This document shows, piece after piece, positions 9,795 to 18,700 of a stretch of DNA of 64,000 nucleotides (position 1 is its first letter; each line of letters starts with the position of its first letter). The translations under genes and the position numbers were made by a program. The stretch comes from Candidatus Multivoradales bacterium (lineage in GTDB: Bacteria > Acidobacteriota > Thermoanaerobaculia > Multivoradales > JAHEKO01): assembly GCA_965223155.1 (NCBI GenBank), contig CBDCVR010000015.1, positions 192,001-256,000 of the forward strand. The letters run 5' to 3'. Under the pieces are notes generated by a model. It saw only the letters and a list, made by a program, of their open reading frames with translations. It was not told the DNA's origin and did not search any database.

Positions 9795-10961
9795 TCAACG
9801 CTCCTCGAATGCCTCCTCGAGTGCCTGACCGAGGCGCTCTCCGAAATACTCCACCAGCGGAATTACTGTCTCGTAGTCCATGCGCGAGGGCCCAAAGATC
9901 CCTAGCTTACCCATCTGCCGGTCGCCGACGCCGTAGGTCGTCGCTACCAAGCTGAAATCCAACTCCGAGGTCAGGTCGCTGTCCCGGCCGATCAGGACCC
10001 GGACCCCGGGGCCTTCGATCAAGCGGTTCAGAACCTGAACCATCGTAGCCCGATCCGAGAACGTGTCCAGAAGCCGGCGCACGCGCTCGAGATCGGACAG
10101 CTCCGGTTGGTGCAAGAGGACCTCGGTGCCTTCCACGACCAACTCCGGAGCTCTGCCGCCCGACAAGGCGGCCTGAGCCAGCGCGATCGCGTTAGCGAGC
10201 AACCGGTCTACCTTGGCCCGCTCCTTCGCCATCAGGGCGATGAGCTCATCGCGAATCTCGCGGAGCCCCTTGCCCGCGAACTGGTCGTTCAGATAGTTCG
10301 AGATGCGAATCAGCTCGGCTCGCGGAACCGGCTCCGAGGTCTCGATCACCTTGTTCTCGATCGTGCCGGCGGCCCCCACCAGAACGCACAGGATCTTGTT
10401 GCCGGAAAGGTTGACGAAGTCCACGGCCCGCAGCACGGTCTGGCCGAAGGTGGGCGTCACCACGATTCCGATCTGCCGGGTCAGCTCCGACAAGAGCTGT
10501 CCGGCCGTCGCCATCAAGCGCTCGGCCCCACCGGGACGCTCGCCCAGGGTGTCGTCGATATGACGGCGCGCCCCGTCCGGGACCCGGCGGGTGTTCATGA
10601 GGCTCTCGATGTAGAGGTGGTAGGCGGCGCGGGTCGGGACCCGGCCGGCCGACGTGTGCGGCTGGCTGAGCAAGCCCAGATCCACCAGATCGGCCATGAC
10701 GTTCCGAATCGACGCCGCCGACAGGGAGTGCCGGCCGTGCTTGGCCACGGCTCGGGAGCTCACCGGCTCACCGCTGACGATGAAGGTGTGGATGATGTCC
10801 TTCAAGATGTCGCGGTCGCGCTGGTTGAGCCGCGTTCCAAGATGGGCTCGAGTTCCGCTCCGAGCCTCGGCGGCCTCGGGAGCGCTCGGCGAACCTTCTG
10901 GCAGGGTCTGGTGCATGATCGACGTCGAGGGCCCGGAACCCGGCGGCGGCTGACCGTGCAT
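9795..10961 (-). CDS. hrcA: Heat-inducible transcription repressor HrcA (start may be 10916)
   Basis: GEPVSS, SAASIRNVMADL, QPHTSAGRVPT, GPSRMDY. Confidence 0.95.
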   Translation of the reverse strand: MHGQPPPGSGPSTSIMHQTLPEGSPSAPEAAEARSGTRAHLGTRLNQRDRDILKDIIHTFIVSGEPVSSRAVAKHGRHSLSAASIRNVMADLVDLGLLSQPHTSAGRVPTRAAYHLYIESLMNTRRVPDGARRHIDDTLGERPGGAERLMATAGQLLSELTRQIGIVVTPTFGQTVLRAVDFVNLSGNKILCVLVGAAGTIENKVIETSEPVPRAELIRISNYLNDQFAGKGLREIRDELIALMAKERAKVDRLLANAIALAQAALSGGRAPELVVEGTEVLLHQPELSDLERVRRLLDTFSDRATMVQVLNRLIEGPGVRVLIGRDSDLTSELDFSLVATTYGVGDRQMGKLGIFGPSRMDYETVIPLVEYFGERLGQALEEAFEER

Positions 10962-11010
10962 AGACCAACCCTTGACCGCCGGAGGCGTCCGGAACCGGTG
11001 AATCCAGTCT

Positions 11011-11035
11011 ATTTTACCCTAGCCGGTGGTACTAT
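11011..11035. promoter_or_regulatory. Putative divergent sigma70 -10 elements (hrcA operon and MglA-like gene)
   Basis: TAAAAT on the minus strand (11016-11011) and extended TG-n-TACTAT on the plus strand (11027-11035); no clear -35. Confidence 0.5.
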
Positions 11036-11061
11036 GGCTCGCTCTCGGAGCCCCTTCGGCA

Positions 11062-12297
11062 ATGGCCTTTTTCAACTACTCGACCATGCAGATGACCGCC
11101 AAGGTCGTCTACTACGGCCCCGGCTTGTGCGGCAAGACGACCAACTTGCAGTACATCTACGGCCAAACCGAGGAAGAGTCGCGCGGCGAGATGGTGTCGC
11201 TCGAGACCCAGACCGACCGAACCCTGTTCTTCGACCTGCTGCCTCTGGACGTCGGCACGGTGGCCGGTTTCCGCACCAAGATCCAGCTCTACACGGTGCC
11301 GGGACAGGTGTTCTACAACACCACCAGAAAGCTGGTTCTGAAAGGGGTGGATGGGGTCGTGTTCGTGGCCGATTCCCAGGAGCCCATGCTCCAGTCCAAC
11401 ATCGAGTCCCTGGCGAACCTGGGAGAGAACCTGGCCGAGTTGGGAGTGACCCTGGACGCAATCCCTCTGGTACTCCAATACAACAAACGCGATCTGCCCT
11501 CGGTGTGCTCGGTCGCGACCCTGGACGAAGCCCTCAACCGCCACGGCTGGGAAAGCTATGAAGCTTCGGCTCTGACCGGTCAGGGTGTCTTCGAAACACT
11601 TCGTGGCATCTCGAGGCTGACCCTGCTTTCGCTCCGCGAACAGCTCGAGCTGACCCCCGGCGCGAGCGACCGCGTCCGCACCGATGCCGCCGCAGTCGAC
11701 GCCCCGACCGAGGGTCCGGCCGAGGGTCAGGCCGATCCCCTGGAAGAGCCTGCGGCCGAAGCAACCGCGGCCAGCGCCGAGGACGAGACCGCAGCCGACG
11801 CCGTCGACGAAGCCGGCTCGGAGGAGTCGCTTGCCGCGGAGGCCGCCGACGCCGAGGGCAAGGAGGGCTCTGAGCCTCTCCCGGACGCCGAGCCAGAGCC
11901 AACCCCCAGGGTATCCTCCGAGTCCGAGGTCGCGACGGCAGCCGGCACCCAAGCCACAGCGCCTGCGCCGGTGCGCTCGGACGATCGCCAGCCGATCCCC
12001 CAGGCCGCACCGAACGCGGCGGCGAGCGCGGCCGCAGGTGGAAACGGCGAGCCGGTCCCGGCTCCGGAGCCGGAGGCTCTCGAAACGTTGCCGCCGCCTC
12101 AGGCCGTTCGCAAGGACCTCCTCCTGCGCCTCAACCGGCAGGACTTCCAGCGCACGCGCCAGGTCGCTATCAAGCTGTCGTTACAAGAAGCGGATGGAAC
12201 CGTGGTCCGCGTCACCCGGGATCTCCAGATTCCGGTCGACACCGCCACCGACGAAGCCATCCTGCGGCTCAATCTGGCGCTCAGGTCCGAGACCTGA
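11062..12297 (+). CDS. MglA-like small GTPase with a long acidic linker and C-terminal domain
   Basis: KVVYYGPGLCGKTTNL, DRTLFFD, YTVPGQ, NKRD and EASA G-boxes in the first ~195 aa; ATG at 11062. Confidence 0.88.
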   Translation: MAFFNYSTMQMTAKVVYYGPGLCGKTTNLQYIYGQTEEESRGEMVSLETQTDRTLFFDLLPLDVGTVAGFRTKIQLYTVPGQVFYNTTRKLVLKGVDGVVFVADSQEPMLQSNIESLANLGENLAELGVTLDAIPLVLQYNKRDLPSVCSVATLDEALNRHGWESYEASALTGQGVFETLRGISRLTLLSLREQLELTPGASDRVRTDAAAVDAPTEGPAEGQADPLEEPAAEATAASAEDETAADAVDEAGSEESLAAEAADAEGKEGSEPLPDAEPEPTPRVSSESEVATAAGTQATAPAPVRSDDRQPIPQAAPNAAASAAAGGNGEPVPAPEPEALETLPPPQAVRKDLLLRLNRQDFQRTRQVAIKLSLQEADGTVVRVTRDLQIPVDTATDEAILRLNLALRSET

Positions 12298-12324
12298 GGA
12301 AAGCCGGTACCCGGTGGCGTAGCG

Positions 12325-12780
12325 GTGAAGTGTCCCTATTGCGGCGATCTCAAAGACCGGGTCGTCGACTCGCGTGAGAGCAAGGACGGCTTGACGATCC
12401 GGAGGCGGCGCGAGTGCCTTGGCTGCAACCGCCGGTTCACCTCGTACGAGCAGATCGAGGACATCCCCTACATGGTGGTGAAGACCGACGGCTCGAGGCA
12501 GGACTTCGACCGCCAGAAGCTGGCGGCCGGGCTCCACAAGGCCTGCGAGAAGCGGCCGGTCTCGTCCACCGATCTCGAGGGCATCGTAGACGCGGTCGAG
12601 CGCCGGCTCCACCAGCAGGAAGACCGCGAGATCACCACCAAGGAAATCGGCACGATCATCATGCGACGGCTGAAGAAGCTCGACCAGGTGGCGTACGTTC
12701 GATTCGCTTCCGTCTACCGGAAGTTCGAAGACGTCGACGAGTTCATGGAAGAGCTCAAGAAGCTGGTCGGGCGCAGCTAG
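12325..12780 (+). CDS. nrdR: Transcriptional repressor NrdR
   Basis: MKCPYC..VVDSR..IRRRREC..C..RFTSYE, ATP-cone, LDQVAYVRFASVY. Confidence 0.97.
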   Translation: MKCPYCGDLKDRVVDSRESKDGLTIRRRRECLGCNRRFTSYEQIEDIPYMVVKTDGSRQDFDRQKLAAGLHKACEKRPVSSTDLEGIVDAVERRLHQQEDREITTKEIGTIIMRRLKKLDQVAYVRFASVYRKFEDVDEFMEELKKLVGRS

Positions 12781-12919
12781 CAGCGCGTGGTGGCTTGTGC
12801 CGCAGATGCAGGAAGTGAGGAGAAGGCGATGCGGGGGTATCGTTGAGGTACGGCAACGCCGCTTCCTCCTCCGCGCCGCCTCGAACGCAATCGTCTTGAC
12901 CACAACCACGGGTTCTTAA
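12777..12919. repeat. MITE-like intergenic element, copy 2
   Basis: Starts CTAGCAGCGCGTGGTGG (copy 1 reverse complement: TTAGGAGCGCGTGGTGG); shares AGATGCAG..AGGAG.AGGCGATGCGG..ATCGT.GA and TCTTGAC; hairpin CGATG-N6-TATCG at 12827-12842. Confidence 0.65.
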
Positions 12920-12920
12920 G

Positions 12921-13445
12921 GTGGCGGTGCGTATCAAGACCGTTCGCGTCCTGAGGCGTCTGGACCGACCCGGCGGCTCGATGGCGTTGGGCTCGCTTCC
13001 GGATGGCGCAGCCGCACCCACGGCACCCGGCACGGTCCAGCTGGACCTCTATCGAACCGCCGACAGCCTGGTCATCCTGGCCGAGCTACCTGGCGCCGAG
13101 CCGGACCAGGTCGAGATCACCATCCAGGATCGGCGCCTGACCCTTCGCGGCACGCGCAAACTCGCCGACGCCGAGCCCGGCGACCGTTTCCTGTGCCTGG
13201 AGCGAGCCTGGGGCGCCTTCGAGCGCTCGCTCGATCTGCCCGCTCCGGTGGATAGCTCGGCCGCTACCGCTCGGCTCGAAGACGGTGTCCTGCGCGTCCG
13301 GTTGCCCGTCATCACCGATCGCCGTGGCGGCCGCCAGATTCCGATTCAGACCCGATCGGCCAAGGCCCAGCCGATCGAACCGGGCCGATCGAACCGGGCC
13401 GATCAAGCCCTCCCCAACGACCCGACCCACGAGAGCTCCCCGTGA
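12921..13445 (+). CDS. Hsp20/alpha-crystallin small heat shock protein (start uncertain)
   Basis: LDLY..AELPG..LTLRG.R..ERAWGAFERSLDLP..ARLEDGVLRVRLP; stop overlaps the lon start. Confidence 0.88.
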   Translation: MAVRIKTVRVLRRLDRPGGSMALGSLPDGAAAPTAPGTVQLDLYRTADSLVILAELPGAEPDQVEITIQDRRLTLRGTRKLADAEPGDRFLCLERAWGAFERSLDLPAPVDSSAATARLEDGVLRVRLPVITDRRGGRQIPIQTRSAKAQPIEPGRSNRADQALPNDPTHESSP

Positions 13446-15874
13446 ACCAGCAAGCCAACGAACCTCACGACGAAACCCTGGTGCTGCCGGACGTCGCGCC
13501 CGTCCTCCCGCTCAAGGACGTGGTGGTCTTTCCCTACATCATCGTGCCGCTTTCGATCGGCCGCGACAAGAGCGTTCAGGCCATCGACCAGGCCCTGACC
13601 GCCAACCGCATTCTGGTACTGGCAGCGCAGCGCGAACCTTCGGTCGAGGACCCCAAGGAAGAGGACATCCACAAGCTGGGAACGGCGGCGGTCATCATGC
13701 GCATGCTGAAGCTCCCAGATGGTCGCATCCGCATCCTGGTACAGGGCCTTTCGCGCGTGCGCATTCGGCACTTCAGCCAGACCGAGCCCTTCCTGCAAGC
13801 TCGCATCGAGTCGCTCGAAGACGGACAGGGAAATCGGCCTCGCCTCGAAGTCGAAGCCCTTGTGCGCAGCGTCAAGGACGGACTCGACCGGGTGTTGGAG
13901 TTGGGCAAGGAGATCTCCGCCGAGGTGGCGGTCATCGCCGCCAACCTGGACGATCCCGGCCGCCTGGCGGACCTCGTCGCCTCGAACCTGGATCTCAAGA
14001 CGGCCGAGGCGCAGAGCATCCTGGCCACGGTCGATCCCATCGACCGCCTGAAGCTGGTCAACGCGTCCCTGGCGCGGGAGATCCAGGTGCTCTCAATGCA
14101 GCAGCGAATCTCCACCCAGGCCCGCGGCGAGATGGACAAGAGCCAGCGCGACTACTACCTGCGCCAGCAACTGAAGGCGATCCGGCAGGAGCTGGGCGAG
14201 GACGAAGACCTGGCCGAGGACGTGCGCACCTATCGCGAGGCGGTCGCGGACAAGGACCTTCCGGAGGAGGCCGTCGAAGAGCTCGAGCGGCAGCTCAAGA
14301 AGCTCGAGCGCGGACACCCGGAGAGCGCGGAGACCGCGATCATCCGCAACTTTCTGGATTGGCTCACCGCTCTGCCCTGGGGCCAGGTCAGCGTTGACAA
14401 GCTGAACCTCAAACGGGCGCGGCGCATCCTGGACGAAGACCACTACGACTTGGACGAGGTCAAGACCCGGATCCTGGAGTACCTGGCGGTGCGCAAACTC
14501 AACCCCGAGGTCAAGGGTCCGATTCTGTGCTTCGTGGGGCCGCCGGGCGTGGGCAAGACCTCTTTGGGCAGGTCCATCGCCCGCGCCATGGACCGGCAGT
14601 TCGTGGGTATCTCCCTGGGCGGCGTGCGGGACGAAGCCGAGATCCGCGGCCACCGGCGCACCTACGTCGGGGCCATGCCCGGCCGCATCCTGCAGGGCCT
14701 GAGACAGGCGGGTACGAGCAACCCCATCTTCATGCTCGACGAGATCGACAAGCTGGGCTCGGACTTCCGCGGGGATCCCTCCTCGGCCCTGCTCGAGGTT
14801 CTGGACCCCGAACAGAACTTCAACTTTCGCGACCACTATCTGGGAGTCGCCTACGACCTGAGCCGGGTCATGTTCATCACCACCGCCAACCAGATGCATC
14901 CGATTCAGCCCGCCTTCCGGGACCGCATGGAGGTCATCCGCATCTCCGGCTACGTCGAGGAAGAAAAGGTCCAGATCGCCAAGCGCCACCTGATCCCCAA
15001 GCAGGTGGTCGAGCATGGACTGCAAGCGGGCCGGATCTCGTTCACCGACGCCGGCATCCGCCGCATCATCACCGGCTACACCAAGGAGGCCGGTCTGCGG
15101 AACCTAGAGCGCGAGATCGCGAAGATCTGCCGCAAGGTCGCGGTCAAGGCCGCCGAGGGCAAGCTGCGCTCCAAGGCCTCCGTCTCGGTACGCTCGGTCG
15201 AGAACTATCTGGGGCCCGCCAAGCACTTCAGCGAAGAGCTCTTGAGCCGGGACCGGATCGGGGTGGCCACCGGCCTGGCCTGGACCCCGGCGGGTGGCGA
15301 TCTGCTCTTCATCGAGACCGTGGCCGTTCCCGGATCCGGGAAGCTGTTGATGACCGGCCAGCTAGGCAAGGTCATGAAGGAGTCGGCCCAGGCCGCGATC
15401 ACCTACGCGCGCAGCTCGAATCTCCTGTCGAAAGCGCCCGCCGACTTCTTCTCCACTCGCGACATCCACGTCCACGTGCCGGCCGGCTCGATTCCCAAGG
15501 ACGGCCCCTCGGCCGGGATCACCGTGGCAACCGCCATCGTTTCGCTCTTGACCGGCCGGCCGGTCGACCGGCGCGTCGCAATGACTGGCGAGATCACGCT
15601 GCGCGGCGACGTGCTCCCCATCGGCGGGCTCAAGGAGAAGATCCTGGCCGCGCGCAACGCTGGCGTACGGACCGTGGTGATCCCGAAGCTCAATGAGCGC
15701 GATCTCGCCGAGATCGGCGACGAGCTCAAGGCGGGGCTGACGGTCCACCTCGTCGACCACGCCGACCAGGCGGTGGAGTTGGCCCTGGGCACGAGCCCGG
15801 CCGGACGGGCGCGCCGGACCGCCAGGGCAAAAGCGGCCAAGCCGGCGAGGGCGGCCCATGGGCGGCTCGGCTGA
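13442..15874 (+). CDS. lon: ATP-dependent protease La
   Basis: GPPGVGKTS, RGHRRTYVGAMPG, LDEIDK, PKDGPSAG (catalytic Ser), GGLKEK. Confidence 0.98.
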   Translation: MNQQANEPHDETLVLPDVAPVLPLKDVVVFPYIIVPLSIGRDKSVQAIDQALTANRILVLAAQREPSVEDPKEEDIHKLGTAAVIMRMLKLPDGRIRILVQGLSRVRIRHFSQTEPFLQARIESLEDGQGNRPRLEVEALVRSVKDGLDRVLELGKEISAEVAVIAANLDDPGRLADLVASNLDLKTAEAQSILATVDPIDRLKLVNASLAREIQVLSMQQRISTQARGEMDKSQRDYYLRQQLKAIRQELGEDEDLAEDVRTYREAVADKDLPEEAVEELERQLKKLERGHPESAETAIIRNFLDWLTALPWGQVSVDKLNLKRARRILDEDHYDLDEVKTRILEYLAVRKLNPEVKGPILCFVGPPGVGKTSLGRSIARAMDRQFVGISLGGVRDEAEIRGHRRTYVGAMPGRILQGLRQAGTSNPIFMLDEIDKLGSDFRGDPSSALLEVLDPEQNFNFRDHYLGVAYDLSRVMFITTANQMHPIQPAFRDRMEVIRISGYVEEEKVQIAKRHLIPKQVVEHGLQAGRISFTDAGIRRIITGYTKEAGLRNLEREIAKICRKVAVKAAEGKLRSKASVSVRSVENYLGPAKHFSEELLSRDRIGVATGLAWTPAGGDLLFIETVAVPGSGKLLMTGQLGKVMKESAQAAITYARSSNLLSKAPADFFSTRDIHVHVPAGSIPKDGPSAGITVATAIVSLLTGRPVDRRVAMTGEITLRGDVLPIGGLKEKILAARNAGVRTVVIPKLNERDLAEIGDELKAGLTVHLVDHADQAVELALGTSPAGRARRTARAKAAKPARAAHGRLG

Positions 15875-16868
15875 AGATCGGCTGATCCACTGGCTTCGCG
15901 GGCGGCTCGCCGGCGGTTCCGGAACCGCGGCGGGAAGCGGCCCGGGCGACGACGTAGCGTTTCTCGGCCTCACCGGCGACTGGGCCGCCACCTCGGACCA
16001 GCAGATCCCTGGCGTCCACGTTCCGCCCGGTCTGGACGAAGCCCTGATTGCCCGCAGGCTGCTCGCCGTCAATCTGTCCGATCTGGCCGCCGCCGGAGCC
16101 AGGCCCCGCTTCGCTCTGTCCCAGATCGCGGCCGCTCCGTCCTTCGACGTCAAGCGCTTCCTGGGCGCGCTGGTCTCCGCCTGCCGCTCGGCCGGCGTCG
16201 AGCTCGTGGGTGGAGACGTCGCGCGCTCGAGCGCCACCGTCACCAGCCTCACGCTTCTCGGCCGCCGCGCCGCGCGGGGCCGCTGGCTCGCGCGGGGCGA
16301 CCTTCGGGCGGGAGACCGCATCTGGCTCGGCGGCCCGGTGGGCGAATCGCGGCTGGGCCGGGCCGTCTTGGAACGGACTGCCGTTCCCGCCCGCGGCCGT
16401 CCCCGGCTGCCGGCGGCGGGTATTCCCCAGGGTCTGCGCCGAGCGGCCGCGGCCGCCCTGAACCGTCATCTGGAGCCGTTGCCCCAACTGGACTTGGGCG
16501 GCTGGCTGGCGCGCCGCCGGCGCTGCGGCGCCATCGACGTCTCGGACGGCCTGCTCTTGGATCTCACGCGCCTCGCCAGCGCCGGCGAAGTGGCACTGAC
16601 GATCGAGGCCGGCAGGCTGCCGCTGGCTCCCGGACACGACTCTCTAGCAGACCACCTCGGCCTCGACCCGCTCGACGCGAGCCTGACCGGGGGCGAGGAC
16701 TACGTCCTGGCGTTCGGGTTGCCCCCGGCGATCCGCCCGCCGGCCGAATTCGGCGCCACCGCCATCGGCCGCGCCCTCGAACGGCGGCCCGGCAGGCGCC
16801 GCCTAGCCGTCACCGGCCTTGGCGGCCGCCAGCTTCCGGAAACCTCGGGCTGGGATCATCTGGCCTGA
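15858..16868 (+). CDS. thiL: Thiamine-monophosphate kinase
   Basis: GDD, NLSDLAAAGARP, GGD, DVSDGL, GGEDY. Confidence 0.9.
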   Translation: MGGSAEDRLIHWLRGRLAGGSGTAAGSGPGDDVAFLGLTGDWAATSDQQIPGVHVPPGLDEALIARRLLAVNLSDLAAAGARPRFALSQIAAAPSFDVKRFLGALVSACRSAGVELVGGDVARSSATVTSLTLLGRRAARGRWLARGDLRAGDRIWLGGPVGESRLGRAVLERTAVPARGRPRLPAAGIPQGLRRAAAAALNRHLEPLPQLDLGGWLARRRRCGAIDVSDGLLLDLTRLASAGEVALTIEAGRLPLAPGHDSLADHLGLDPLDASLTGGEDYVLAFGLPPAIRPPAEFGATAIGRALERRPGRRRLAVTGLGGRQLPETSGWDHLA

Positions 16869-17050
16869 TCGCTTCGCCGGAGGCCTAGCGGGCGGCGGCC
16901 GGGCCCAGGAGCGGCGCAAGACGGACCGTCCGGGACGCCCGGTGCGCCTCGGCAGGTGTAGAGCGCGGCAGGCTCCGCGGGCACCCGGCTCGTACGACGT
17001 TCACGGTTCCGGTACGCGCGATCCGGATCGCCGCCGACTGATCCGTCCGG

Positions 17051-17923
17051 TCAGGTACGTAGCGCCGCCTCGGCACCGGTAGAAGCGGCCCGGCGCGGAT
17101 CCAGCGAATCGACCAGTCCGTCGCCAACGAAGTTCAGGCCCATGACGGTCAGAAAGATGGCGATTCCGGGAAACAGGGCCAGATGCGGGGCGTCCAGCAG
17201 GTGCCCCCGTCCGGCGTTGATCATCGCCCCCCAAGACGGCGTCGGCGGCTGGATTCCCAGACCCAGAAACGACAGTCCCGCCTCAGCCAGGATGGCGCCG
17301 GCCATGCCCAGGCTGGCCTGCACCAGCAGCGTCGGCAGGACGTTGGGCAAGATATGGCGAAGCAGGAGCCTCGAGGTTCCGACTCCAGCGACTCGCGCGG
17401 CATCGACGAACTCCTGCTCCCGAATCTGGAGCACCTGCGCCCGCACCAGGCGCGCATATCCCACCCAGCCGATCGTCACCAGGGCCAGAACCAGATGTTC
17501 CAGCGCCGGACCCAGAACGGCCACCAGAGCGATAGCCAGGAGGATCCCTGGAAAGGCCAGGAAGACGTCGGCGGTGCGCATGATGGCGGCGTCGACGCGC
17601 CCACCCACGAGGCCCGAGATGGACCCAATGAGGGTCCCCACCGAGCCCGCCAGAAGCACCACCGCCAACCCCACCCCGATCGATACGCGAGCGCCGAAAA
17701 GCAGTCGCGACAGAACGTCCCGGCCCAGCTCGTCAAGGCCCAGCCAGTGATCGGCACTGGGACCGGCCAGGCGAGCTTCGAGGTTCTGGGCGGCGGGATC
17801 CATCGGAGCCAGCCAGGGCGCGGCCAGAGCAGCGGTCAAGACGGCCACCAGGCAGAAGCCGCCGATGAGAAGACCCACCGGGCGCGAAGCCTCCGGGACG
17901 GATGCCGGACTCGCCGCGCTCAT
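17051..17923 (-). CDS. Peptide/nickel ABC transporter permease (DppC/OppC type)
   Basis: HWLGLDELGRDVLSR, EFVDAAR, RHILPN, EAGLSFLGLG..PP.PSWG. Confidence 0.92.
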   Translation of the reverse strand: MSAASPASVPEASRPVGLLIGGFCLVAVLTAALAAPWLAPMDPAAQNLEARLAGPSADHWLGLDELGRDVLSRLLFGARVSIGVGLAVVLLAGSVGTLIGSISGLVGGRVDAAIMRTADVFLAFPGILLAIALVAVLGPALEHLVLALVTIGWVGYARLVRAQVLQIREQEFVDAARVAGVGTSRLLLRHILPNVLPTLLVQASLGMAGAILAEAGLSFLGLGIQPPTPSWGAMINAGRGHLLDAPHLALFPGIAIFLTVMGLNFVGDGLVDSLDPRRAASTGAEAALRT

Positions 17924-18063
17924 CGGCCCATGCAGCCTTCCGGTCGCCGCGGCGCTTCGAGCAGTCGATGAGTGGCGGAGGCGAGGCCAGGCAGCGAGCT
18001 CTTCGAGTGCGGACCGGAGGAGCTCCTAGCCGTGTGCGCGGCGCCTCGACGCATAACGCCGGC

Positions 18064-18072
18064 TGCTAGACT
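18064..18072 (+). promoter_or_regulatory. Putative extended -10 element upstream of the GAF gene
   Basis: TG-c-TAGACT about 120 nt upstream of ATG 18196. Confidence 0.4.
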
Positions 18073-18195
18073 CATGCGTTCCAAGAGGCTGCCCGAAAGG
18101 CCGGCCCGGAGGCCGCCAAGAAGACCGAGAGCAGTGTTCCCCGGCGCACGGTCCCCGACGCCGGGGCCACCGTCGGCTCCAGCCGGGATCGACCT

Positions 18196-18666
18196 ATGAA
18201 CGAACTCACCAAGACCGAGCGCTATGCCGCCGTCCGGAGTCAGCTGGGCGCGGTGCTCGAAGGCTTGAAGGATCCGGTCGCGATTCTCGCCACGGTGGCG
18301 GCGGTTCTCCACGAAGCGCTTCCGGCGGCGAGCTGGACCGGCTTTTACCGGGTCGTCGCTCCCGGCTTGCTGCGCGTCGGTCCCTACCAGGGTCCGGTCG
18401 GGTGCTTGGAGATTCCGTTCGATCGAGGCGTCTGCGGCGCCGCGGCGCGCGAGCGCAGGAGCCAAGTGGTGCCCGACGTCCACGCCTTCGCCGGCCACAT
18501 CGCGTGCGACGCCCGCGCCCGGTCGGAGATCGTGGTGCCCGTCCTCGATCGCGATGGCGAGCTCGTCGCCGTGCTCGACATCGACTCGCACGGCCCGGCG
18601 GCCTTCGACGACGGCGACCGCACCGGCCTGGAGGCCATTGCGGACGACTTGAGCCGGATGCTCTGA
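18196..18666 (+). CDS. msrC: GAF-domain free methionine-(R)-sulfoxide reductase
   Basis: WTGFY, GPYQG.VGC, GVCG, VPDVHAFAGHIACD, SEIVVP, VLDIDS. Confidence 0.88.
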   Translation: MNELTKTERYAAVRSQLGAVLEGLKDPVAILATVAAVLHEALPAASWTGFYRVVAPGLLRVGPYQGPVGCLEIPFDRGVCGAAARERRSQVVPDVHAFAGHIACDARARSEIVVPVLDRDGELVAVLDIDSHGPAAFDDGDRTGLEAIADDLSRML

Positions 18667-18700
18667 GACTCGCTCGGACGCGCCGTTCATCCCCACTCCG

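Noticed and set aside
12896-12922. TTGACC..TAAGGT as a repeat-borne promoter (TTGACT..TAGGCT in copy 1)
   Set aside because: The spacer is only 15 bp in both copies.
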